NCBI GenBank assembly: GCA_043228905.1
Contig: JBHGNT010000012.1
Span: 13,888,001 to 13,952,000, forward strand
Length of the DNA stretch: 64,000 bases
Direction: 5' to 3'
Source: Azolla caroliniana
Lineage: Eukaryota > Plantae > Polypodiophyta
The stretch's first letter is position 1. The number at the start of each line of letters is the position of its first letter. The position numbers and the translations under genes are program-made. A model generated the notes under the pieces. It had not been told where the DNA came from, did not search any database, and worked only from the letters and a program-made list of their open reading frames with translations. This document shows, piece after piece, positions 49,791 through 60,994 of this stretch.

Positions 49791-51920
49791 TTGCTCCAAT
49801 ATTTATTTGAATGACACTTGTTCTTGTGCAATACATGGAACATACAAGATGCTCATGTTTTTGATGCCTTGCTTAAGTTGTCACTGAACATTGTCGCTAA
49901 TTTAATGTGTGGGTGTTAACGTTCACCACGTAAGTTATCAAACCGTTATCCTTATTATTTAAGTGGTTAGGTTTTGTCACTTAAGCTATCTTCAATTGTT
50001 GGTTTCAATCATAAACTCATTCTAATTCCTCCTTCAATCATAAACTTAACCTATTGTAAAACTTGGGTTTTAAGAGTTTTTCTCCCTTTGCACACACATA
50101 TCACGACAACACGACATCTCTAATATGGTGAAATGGGTGTTTGGTATCATTTACCATCTCCATGTAGCTAGCCCTCGTCAAATGTTTGTAAGTCATTGAA
50201 CCACTCAATGTTGTATTATCTTATGGTTGGATGTGCTTGATTGATGAACAACATTTTGTCCACCTTGGCAGTGCTACTTGACATCGAGTTTTCCATGTGG
50301 TTCATCAAACATTTTGTCATAGGCATCCTAGTATGATTTGGCAATGTGGTTGTTGAGTTGTTAGTTGTTGCTATCATCACTCTTTTTCTTCCAATAATCC
50401 ACCTTGATATGGTTGTGATTGTTATGTTACTAACATTACAAATTGCTTTAAAATTTTGCTTCAAACTCCCCTTATGGAATTGTCCCTTATGCTTGTGCTT
50501 GGTTTTATGGTTGGGATTGTTATGTTACTTACGTTACAACTTTTTATGGAAATTTGCTCCAAACTCCCCTTAGGAAATTGTGTCTTTTTCTTTTGCTTAG
50601 TTTCGAGGCAAGATTAGAAGTCTGCAACCATGCAATAATTTGTCGTCTTTCGACTATTTCTCGTATTCATCCATCTGATTCTCATCCAACAATGCAATGA
50701 ATACATAATGACCTTCCTCCATGTTGCCACACTATTTCCAAAACATGTTGTTTGGTACTATCAAAAGCATTTATGCCCACAACATACAAAGAGTAGTTTA
50801 TCTTTTAAATAGAACTAAGAAAAGTATTGATTCAAAACATAACCAACAATAAGAAAGTATAACTAAATATGTCATGATATTTACACACGTGTTTAATTAT
50901 TGGCTAAATAGTGATGGGATCATGATCACAAGAACATAATAATAATAACTACATAGATAATATTAAAATAAATAAATATATTACGATGGCATACATATGC
51001 ATGATAACCAATAAACTATAATTAAAAAAATGAGATATTGCTTTACTTCACATGTAGCTTCTTAAACAACCTTTGATAGGTACGCCCACCATAAGGAATT
51101 TATATTGTGCTCTATTGTCAACATTGAAAAGCAAAGGTGTTTAATATATGGAAATGGAGATGTAACGGATGGGTTGAGATGTTACTTGATGACCAATTCA
51201 TGATAGAGGTTAGGGATTCACAAGAGGTCTTGAAAAAGAAGAAGCGGATATAGAGCAAGGGGGTAGAAAAATTGCCATAATATGGAAAGAACCCGCACGG
51301 AACCTGATGGGGCTTTAGTAGATAAAGATGTTTACGATTGAGGGTGAGGCCTCATCTATATCACGATTTGTATCCGAATCCGAATCCAACATAGTCATCA
51401 AGTTCACTGATAAGTGAGGGTGTGTGTATCTGCGTTCCCAGTTGAGATGGCACACGGGGATCGACGTGTGTATGATTTCCTATCCGCGAATCGTGTATGA
51501 ATCTGTTGTCGTAGGCATGATGAAACTGATCGATGAGAGGGGAAACGGGTGTGGATTCTGCCATTGAAGATTACCGTATCGTTGACTATACTTCAGTTGT
51601 GTATGTTACGTGTGTGTGTGTGTGTGAAGGGAAGTCATACCGTGGGCACATGAGCATTCTACGTGTAGAAGAGAGAGAGAGAGAGAAGAGACGCAAAAAC
51701 CAGCCCACAAGAAAAAGCAAAAAACAGGCGACCGAGAAAAAGCAAAAAGCAGCCCACAAGAAGCAGCAAAAAGCAGCCGACCAAATAAAAGCAAAAAGCA
51801 AAAAGCAAGGCACCAAATAAAAGCAAAAAGCAGCAGCAAGAAAGAAAGAAAAAAAACGTGAGACTACGTTGACGTGTCGGCCGTTGATTGGGCTGTGTCT
51901 CCCAAAGATATTTTCTGCTC
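49791..51920. repeat. Unclassified interspersed repeat, copy 2 (about 550 bp deleted at ~50740)
   Basis: Direct repeat of 43790-46420 that lacks about 44735-45285. Confidence 0.85.
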
Positions 51921-52451
51921 TGATTGTTTTGAAACACGAAGGAAAAAGCAGAAAGCAGAAAGCGAATGGTTTTTTCTGTTTTCCGCGTGTTTTTTTTTTG
52001 TTTAAAATTTTAATTAATTTAGGGTTACAGGTCAACAACAGGACACAGAAAGAAAGAAGAGACAGAGGGATTAGCGACGACGACAGAGGTCAAAAAGAAG
52101 AAGAAGAAGAAGAAACAGAAACAGGGGAAGGAAGGAATTGACGAAAACAGAGAGGGGAAGGAAGGAAGTAAGGGTAATTAAGAAGATAGGGACAAAGGAG
52201 AGAGAAGAAGAAGGAAGAAGAAGAAGAAGAAGAAAACTGACATAAGGAGAAGAAAGAATCGAGACCGGTGCGAAAGAAGAAGGAAACCGAGGAGAGAAGA
52301 AGGAAAGATAGGAATAAAACAGTGGAAAGAAGAAGGGTAGGAAATTCTGGACAGCGTAGACAGATAAGTCGGAGTGTTTTTATCAAATCTCCGAGGAAGC
52401 GGAGTATTTCTTGATCGACCGATTCGGAGTGTGTGTGTGTGTGAGAGAGAG

Positions 52452-54804
52452 ATGTCCATCATGACCTCTTCCTCCCTAATTCAATCTGCTTGTACACATT
52501 TGCCTTTAAAAGCTCCGTGCATTCTCAGACAGAGTTCAGTCAATTCGTCTTCGCCTCCAATCTCGGCATCAAAACCCATTACTCTCAAGGTAAGCTGAAG
52601 AATTCCCCCATTACTTTTTAAGAAAAAGTTTTTGTTATGGATTATTTATTATATGGCATCATAGTATATTGTTATGTGATGTTATCAATCAATGGTCTTG
52701 TATAACAAACATCACATGTATATTTAGATATATGGTTATGATATCATGGTGTTTTATTGCATGATCATTGATGTCGTATGGCTTCTCATGCATAAACACA
52801 TGCCATGATGTATATAGTTCCATATGGTTGAATCAATAAGGTAATAATCGGAATCTCATGGATAAAGTATGATAGGATACCTTGGTATATTTTCTAATCA
52901 AGATTGTTAAATGGCCTCTCATGTATAGTATGGGGTATGATGATGTATATTGTTATACTTTTTAATCATAATCTCCTATGGCATCTCTTATATGCATATC
53001 TTGTATGAGATTGGTATATGGAACGTTTATCCAGTAATCACTCAAGATTATTGACTTAAAAAACTAGAACACGAAGATATCTCTCCAATGTAGCATCTCT
53101 ATGTGAATAATGAATGCTATATGCCAAGATTTTTTCCGTTTATTGTTGACACTAGGTTAGGGCTGGAGTGGGGTTGTACCCAGCATCTATGCGTTGGTGG
53201 AAGAAAGGAGAGCAATTGAACAACATGAAAGAAATCACATCGTCGGAACAGTTCTCTGAAGCCCTGTCTGTGGCTGTAAAGCAAGATAAACTGGTGCTTG
53301 TTGACTTCTACTCCACCGGTTGTGGCTCCTGTAAAGCCATCTATCCCAAGGTGAAATGTCAATTTAGTGCTTAATTAAGTGCAATACTCAAGAAATTTAT
53401 TGCCTATATCTCTATCTTTCAAGGATTTTGGAAATTTTCAGCTATTTTCATTACTATGGTTTGCAAAACATTTGCCTGATTTGTTTCGCTAAACTACAAG
53501 TGATATTTATTTGTTTCTCTTTTACTTCAGGTTATGATCATGGCAATTGGTGTTTTTTAAATATTTTGGAAACTTTTAGCTACTCTTATGACCATGTTTT
53601 GCAAAACGTTTTCGTGATTTCAACCGACCATTTATATTCATAAATCTGTGAGATTCATTATTTTATTCCCCTTGTATGCATGGCTTCCTACTGTGGAGTT
53701 GACATGAAAAATTGGGAGTTGACATGGATCATTATCTCTTCAAAGTTAGAATTCTTGTGGTCTGATGATGTGATTTTCACACCAGAATCCATATGTTTAC
53801 AGGTCTATGAAACACAGTCATAATAACGCCATGAATCCTCAAGTTGCATGCTTTTACTTAAGGAACCATATATGTATAGGTCTATCAAACATGATTATAA
53901 GCTCCTTTGACATAGTTAATAAACATGCTACTCTACAACACGGATAAAATAGAATATCTCCATACATCAGATATGTATATTGAATAATAAGTCATTTTTT
54001 TATATGCTTAGCCCCATGAAAGAAAAACAAATTAGCTGTTCCTGAGGAAACTTGAGGACTTGGTTTGTGTTTGTTTTCATGCCATATATCTATATGATTT
54101 ATGATATCCATAAAGCTTGGGATTCAGAAAACTTTGATACAATGTAATCACTGCAAGTTGAGATTTATTTTGTGTATGTATGTATGAATAAATGAATGTA
54201 TCCATGTCTATATGTGTATGTGTGTGCATATACATGATGCATGTGTTTCTATGCATGCATGCACGTAATGTAGCGCATGCATGCATGTGTGTCTGTATAA
54301 ATATAATGCAGTTTCTGTGTAACGTGCATGTTCTTGTCGTGGTTTGATTTGATGTTCTGAATTCCCATGATTACAGATACGTCAGATCGCCATAGAAAAT
54401 CCGAATATTGAGATTCTAAAGATAAACATCCAGCAGAACTATTCTCTCTGCCAACAGCTCAAAGTAAACATCTTACCGTTTTTCCATTTTTATCGAGGTG
54501 CTGGAGGGCCTATTGATGCTTTCTCATGTTCGCTAACCAAGGTAAATGAAAATCTGAAAAAATGAAAGCAAAATGCTTCGTCCTACATGCATATGTATCT
54601 TGTTTCTTTTCTTGTATATATGTTCTAGTTCATGCATCTATTTTCTATACTAATTTTGCGTATTGAAACACACAATGGCTAGCTAGCTAACTAACGAATT
54701 AACTAATTGGTCTTTTGTCTCTTTATCTCTATAAACAGATAAATAAACTTAAATCAGCAGTTGAGAAATACCAAGGAGACCAACCAACCTTGCTTACTAG
54801 CTAG
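52452..54804 (+). CDS. ACHT: Chloroplast Lilium-type / atypical Cys-His-rich thioredoxin, 187 aa; exons 52452-52589, 53156-53350, 54377-54541, 54739-54804
   Basis: All three introns are GT..AG and phase 0, and the spliced frame is open. A Ser-rich transit-peptide-like N-terminus precedes MRWWKKG..NNMKEITS..DKLVLVDFYSTGCGSCKAIYPK|IRQIA..ILPFFHFYRGAGG..AFSCSLTK|INKLKSAVEKY, which is characteristic of ACHT/Lilium thioredoxins. Confidence 0.92.
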
Positions 54805-55779
54805 CCCTTAAAAGCATTACAGATTAAGTGTAACAAAATATATGAAAGACTATACACATTCTTTTTACACAACCTTAGTATATGTTCTTTACCTAAACCT
54901 AACCTGTATAAGAGGTATCATTTGTACACTCAATACCTCATTCATTTGCCACCATATTTTATAGATATACTTACACTTGGATTTGTTTCTGTTGAATGTA
55001 ATAATCACAATGGTGGTGAGTTTTAACCATTCATCCCATTTGATGCTCTCAAAACCATCTAAAGCTTGTATACTTGCTGTATATTTATACATAATTGCAA
55101 GATTTGCAGCAAATGGTGGATTGCTGAAATAATCTTCGGTTAAGAAGACTTCCTCTCCATTCTTAAGGCTTTACACAAACATGATGAAAGTTTACGAGAA
55201 TTGAGATTATATGATGTTGTAAATTTCAAATATGTCAATTGTCATGAACTGTGAAATAGTACTCATGAACAAACATGATCTTGATTCGAGCTATAATTAT
55301 GAAATCCACCACACAAGCGTTAAAAATGCAAATGCAAAATACAAATAATGAATTTAATGTAAGGGAATGAACATCTTAATGCAATACTACTAATCAACAC
55401 TTCACACTTGAGGCATTTGTAAAAGCAATGTGTGGGTATTTGTGTGCCCAAGTAACATGCAACAAAAGAGGGTATGCTGTTTCCTTTCTCCATCTTGCCC
55501 CTAGATTTCATATTCTATTATTTATGATATATCAACTCTTGAGAAAAACTTGGATGAAAGTGATTACTACAATGACTTTTTTTGCATGATATGAAATGGG
55601 ATTATAAGTGTGACATAAGGGTTTAATTATAGTACAGCATGAATCATAATAGGATAAATGTAAGGCAAAGCTCTTTTTCGAAGCTTCGCTTAACGTGACA
55701 ATGAGACCAAACAGAGAATGTAAATATCCACTCTCTTTCGTTTAAACAATAGTTGTTATAATATATTATGTATCCACGA

Positions 55780-56000
55780 ATTTTGTAGTCGACTAGTCCA
55801 GATTCCATCTAAGCTCTAAGGTATGAGCACACGGGACGATTACCATTGTGAGCTTCTCTCATATGTAATAGGAAGTTTGTATTCACATATACATATCTGG
55901 GAGTGTAACTCTATATGTCTATCTAGTCTATTCTCAATATTTCTAACATGGTATTAGAGCCGAGAGGTTGACCTAGATTAAGATCGTTCGAGTAGACATT
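55780..56000 (+). mobile_element. Copia 5'-end remnant: LTR 3' end plus Met-i PBS
   Basis: ...TTCTAACA|TGGTATTAGAGC, with the PBS at 55949-55960. The left boundary is not determined. Confidence 0.5.
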
Positions 56001-56022
56001 GTCTATCACCAAAGAGAAATAC

Positions 56023-56028
56023 AGATAG

Positions 56029-56059
<31 letters not shown>

Positions 56060-57095
56060 GATTATATTATCGTCTTCGGGGGTCAATTATGACCTATGAG
56101 ACCAAAAATATTACATTTCACGTGATATATGTGAAAGTGAGTAGTGACTCTCGATGTTCAAGAACTTTACCAATGAATTTTGCAATCGAGAGTGCACATT
56201 GTGGTTGTGAGAAAAATTCATGCAAGGATTGGGCTCGATCGAAGAGATGTGGAAAGCATGGTCGAATATGATCAAAGACAGAGCATTGTATCAAAGTGTG
56301 ATACTCAGACTCATGAACTTGTTTAGGGCAAAGTGTGCATAACCAACCACTCTCATCACTTGTGGCCCAATGCCCTGTCTCACATCGCAATGCATGTGAG
56401 CTAAGTCGCATGGAAGCAATGGTTCGAATGGTAGATAATGGTATGGCCTCTAACATGTATTGATGTGTACGGTTTTCCCGTTACGCAAAGAATATGGTTT
56501 TGTAGTTAGGTGCAACATGTGTAGTATAATGTGTGAAGTGTGATCCTCCACATTTGTCCCATGTCATGATACATTGGCGTTGCAAAAATGCCTCATTTAT
56601 AGAGGAATCTAGTGATGCATCATGAAGTAAGTGTCTCGCGACCCATCCACCAAACCATTTTTCTATATCTTGCATCCAACCGGAACACAGAATTTTGCTT
56701 TTATGCGTTTTTTGGATCCTTTTGCTTGCTTCCCATGCAATTCTAGGAAGTCAATGTGAGGGACTTTTTTGAACCTTAAGCATATATTCAAAAACCCTTT
56801 CCATGGCCATGATCTCAATGGGAAGCGACGACGTCTCAAGGAGGAGGGTGTAGGGTGTTTGTTTCTTAACTTGTAGAAACTTTGAAAGAAAATGTTTTTG
56901 GACATTTTCAAACTCTTTCCACATAGATTTAGGGATGCTACCGCCCCATACTTCCACTCCATAGAGAAGAACCGATGTCACCAAAGTGTCGAAAAGATAT
57001 TTCTTGAGGACCCAACACTTAATATCTCCAAGATTGCATGCATGTGTTCTCAAATGCATAGTATGCTTGCTTACCTGCCTCTAAGCGGCGTGTAG
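56023..57095 (-). mobile_element. 5'-truncated RTE/RTEX-like LINE with a (TCTA)n tail
   Basis: KKYLFDTLVTSVLLYGVEVWG and MRLSSHALRCETGHW..LCTLC..ESEYHTLIQC are homologous to the C-terminus of the LINE at 30082-34780. The tail appears as (AGAT)n at 56023-56062. Confidence 0.85.
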
Positions 57096-57964
57096 CACAT
57101 TCATTCCATCTATGATTTGAAGGAACTGTTACCGGCCGGCAAAGGAGTCTAGAGTGTGAAACGAAGGAGTTATTTAATTATTAAGGATTCATGGTTGTAA
57201 GTGAGCTATTAGTGTGGACGGACGGACCGGAATCGGTATGCCGTTCCGGATCTGGACCGATCCCGAACAGGTGCGGATGGCACCGTTTTGTACTACAAAC
57301 CGGAAACCTATTTAAAGGCCCGGATACAATGTAATGTAGAGCGGATAATTAATGAAGCTTAGTGTTTTTATCTCTGTGTTAATTGCCGTTCTACATTCAT
57401 TGTTATATCTTACGCGTGTGATTATTAAGAACGATCTTGCTTAGTAACCTAATTAAGCTGGATTAATCGTTGAGCCTAATCCTCTTGCCGTAACACCCCT
57501 TTGGTGAAGTGTCTTCCGTAGACACCCTGTGTTAGGCCATTGTCCGACCCTAAGAGTTAACACAGTTTTTGGCGACCAACAATGCCGAATCCAGCAATAC
57601 CCGGAAAGCCTACTGCTACTACTGCCGACAGGAAGGCCATTATAGTAATCAATGCCCGGCGAAGAGCTATGACAAATGACCGACAGTAAATATGGTAGTC
57701 CTTGAAGTGGCAGATCTGCAGTAGGTGACCACAATGTCGAAGGGCATGGCCAAGGAATGGGAGACGCAGGAGACCATCCAGAAGCAAGCGACGGAATGGG
57801 TGAAGAAAGCAAACGAGCAAAATGTAACAGACTTACAACGGCAAAAGGAGAACACCGTAGGGCTTGCCGACGGTAGTCACTCCGAGAACGAGACATGGCA
57901 AGCATTGCAAGAATGCCAGATTACGCTGCCACTAGGAAGACTCCTACAGCTCGTGCCAAGATTC

Positions 57965-58772
57965 TGTTGGGAGACAGGTCCCTCCGGATGGGAAGGGAGA
58001 AGAACAGTGCCGATGAACAAACTCGGCCGAGGCCGAAACCGTATGAGGTGGACCCGGCTACGGAGAGCCGGATGGTGCAGACCCGGTATGAACCGGATGA
58101 GGAGTACCTGGCTACGGAGAGTCGGATGGTGCAGACCCGGTATGAACCGGATGAGGAGTACCCGGCTACAGAGAGCCGGATGGTGCAGACCCGGTATGAA
58201 CCGGATGAGGAGTACCCGGCTACGGAGAGCCGGATGGTGCAGACCCGATATGAATCGGATGAGGAGTACCCGGCTACGGAGAGCCGGATGGTGCAGACCC
58301 GGTATGAACCGGATGAAGAGACATATTCGTAAATATGTTTCTGAGAGTCCATCAAGGCTATATTTGTAAATAGCCGAAAAGTCATATTAGTATAAATATG
58401 ACTTAGGGCAAACTTTTAGTAGTTGTTGTCATTCTTGTTGGTGCAAGAATAGAGTGTGTGCGTAACTGTAATTGTATAGAGAGAGAGATAGAGAGAAAGA
58501 GGTCGTTGCCTCTGTTGTAACCGCCGCCTGTGGCGAAGATCTGTGAGCACGAGGTCGGTGCCTCAGTGAACTCACTGTTGTATATTCTTACATAGTGACA
58601 GTTTGAAGCCTGTGGGCTGCTGTGGTTTTTCCCCTAGTTTTGGGTTTTCCACGTAAACCTCCTGTGTACCTTGTCTCTTCTTTGTGTCGCGTTTTATTTC
58701 CCGTTTTCTGTGTATCATTTTAAGCTCGGTTGAGGTTGAACGTTGCGCATAAGGAACGACCTGTTCCTGTCA
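57965..58772 (+). mobile_element. Copia solo LTR with about five 54-bp tandem repeats; TSD GATTC/GTTTC
   Basis: TGTTGGGA...CCTGTCA, homologous to 11526-12207. Excision restores QLVPRF-TEGLK. Confidence 0.9.
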
Positions 58773-60426
58773 GTTTCACGGAAGGACTGAAGACAGCCAT
58801 GACGGAAGGAGAACCATCACTGGCACTGGTACTCTTCTCGAATCCGAAGGAGGGACCAACGGTGGTGGACACCAACAATCCGGTAATTACTGCCATTGTA
58901 AAAGGGAAAGAATTCCCCGGCACAGTAATAGACGGAGGCTCCGGTGTGAATGTAATAAGCCTCCGGACGTGTGATGCCCTGAGAATCCACGAGTGGGAGC
59001 CGTGTCCGTTTTGGTTACGGATGGCCGATACAAGCTCAGTGCAGCCGATAGGATTAATACGAAAATTAGAAGTCACCGTTGGTGGTCATACATTTCACAT
59101 CTTGGCAGTAGTGCTACAATTACAGGCACAGGGCGCGTACCCGCTATTGCTGGGGCGGCCGTGGTTGAAAACGGCACATATCAAACAGAATTGGAGGAAA
59201 AATATAATTACCTTCCAGCAAGGAAAAGCCAAGGTACGTGTACCAACACAGCCAAGGACGAGCACTGGCAAGGAATGTACACCGTTGTATGCAGAGTGCG
59301 TCAACATGCTAGAAGGGTTAGCTGACGAAGAAGAAGCTCAGTACTTGCAGGAAAACCCGAAGATCGTACCCCTCTTTGAAATTGACATTGCCAAAGTAGT
59401 AGCACCATACTTACCGCAGCCGGAAGAGACTGAAGTAGAACCGGATAAGGACGCAATCCGAGAGTTACGGCAAGCGCAAGAAGCGTTGGAACGGGAAATG
59501 GCCGTTTCACAGCGCGTAAAAGCGTCGCAACTTGAAGAGGTGAACCTAGGGACCACGGACGAAGCAAAACCGGTGCACATCGCCAAGGAGATGAAGTCCG
59601 AAGACAAAACGGCGATGATCACGCTTCTCACGGAATTTCGCAACGTGTTTGCCTGGTCATACGAAGACATGCGAGGGCTCGACCCTCAGTTATACCAGCA
59701 TCAGATTATATCCCGGCTTTTATGCAGGTTTTCCTTGACGATTTCGCCGTCTATAGCCGGGAAGAGGATCATTTGCAGCACCTCCGTCTTTGTCTAGAAA
59801 AGTGTAGAGCATACCGGCTAAGCTTGAATCCGGCGAAGTGTGTATTTGGCGTGTCTAGTGGAACCCTACTAGGACATATTGTGAGCAAGGAAGGCATTGT
59901 AGTCGACCCGGACAAAGTGAAAGCCATATTAGAAGCACCGGCGCCGGCAACGACAAAGGCATTGAGCCGGTTCTTAGGAAAGATCTGGTGGCACAACCGG
60001 ATGCTCCGATACTTGGCTGACCTGGCTACACCATTGCATGCCGTTGTACATCGAACACCATTCCAGTGGACTGACACCGAGGATAGGGCGTATAGGGTCC
60101 TCAAGGTACTATTGTCGCAAGCACCGGTAGTGAAGCCTCCGGATTGGAGTAAAGAATTTCATGTGTTCGTGGACGCCTCCGACATCGCAATCGGAAGCGC
60201 ACTGATGCAGCTTACGGAGCCAAAGTGGTACCGGCCAGTGTACTATGCCAGCCGAAAGCTATCCCAAGCGGAACAGAACTACTCTACCACGGTGTCGTAA
60301 TGTGGCATGTCTAGTGCGAGAAAAACTCAAAAATTGAGGATCCACACACATTTCACGAATACTTGTAAAAATGAAAATAAATAAACCTAGGTCACAATGG
60401 CATTGAGTGCATGTAGAGGGTTGCAA

Positions 60427-60484
60427 GTAGGATTTGAACCTTGCACCTCTAAGGTAAGAGGCAATTACCTTACCACTAAAGCTA
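60427..60484 (-). promoter_or_regulatory. tRNA-derived Pol III box A/box B cassette, antisense within the LTR U3 (second copy at 63433-63490)
   Basis: The minus strand reads TAGCTTTAGTGG (box A) TAAGG..CCTCT tacctt AGAGG..GGTTCAAATCC (box B), with tRNA-like spacing. Confidence 0.6.
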
Positions 60485-60961
60485 CTACTAAGTGCTTTAG
60501 ATATTCTATATTTCTTTCTCATATTCAGTATTCCGTAGGAAACGAACGAACAAAACCGTGTACACAAAACCACAGTTTTAAGCCCATGGTTTCCTACATG
60601 TCACAAAGCAAAACTGTGTGCACAGAAACCATGGCTCCAAGCCCATGGTTTTGTGCATGGACAAACCTATAAAACCCCTAGTATGGCTTGTGTAAGGGGG
60701 GGCTCAATATGATATGACCATCATCATCACCATCAATAATATAAGCTTCTATTTCTTCTTCTTCGCATCTATCTTGTAATTATTTATCTACTTCTGAAAG
60801 TGTACAATCTTCAATCTTCTCAAGTGTAATAGGTCTTCCTCCAATCTTACATTCACATCGTCCTCTTCTCAATACCTTGACGGACATCCTCCTTGGTCCA
60901 AGACCCCAGTGGTCCCGCTCAAGCGAAGCACGCTCGCACGCACATCTTCGCGACATTTTTT

Positions 60962-60979
60962 TGGTGAACCCGACGTGAA
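60962..60979 (+). promoter_or_regulatory. 18-nt primer-binding site complementary to tRNA-Trp
   Basis: TGGTGAACCCGACGTGAA begins 6 nt after the 5' LTR. Confidence 0.88.
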
Positions 60980-60994
60980 GAGCGGTAGGGGAGG

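Noticed and set aside
57895-58385. Repetitive ORFs (EPDEEYPATESRMVQTRY)n and an array resembling CRISPR
   Set aside because: These are 54-bp head-to-tail repeats with no unique spacers, inside a solo LTR. The ORFs are by-products of a unit length divisible by three.
60427-60484. Functional tRNA gene
   Set aside because: The acceptor and T stems do not pair properly and there is no 7-nt anticodon loop. Kept only as a tRNA-derived cassette.
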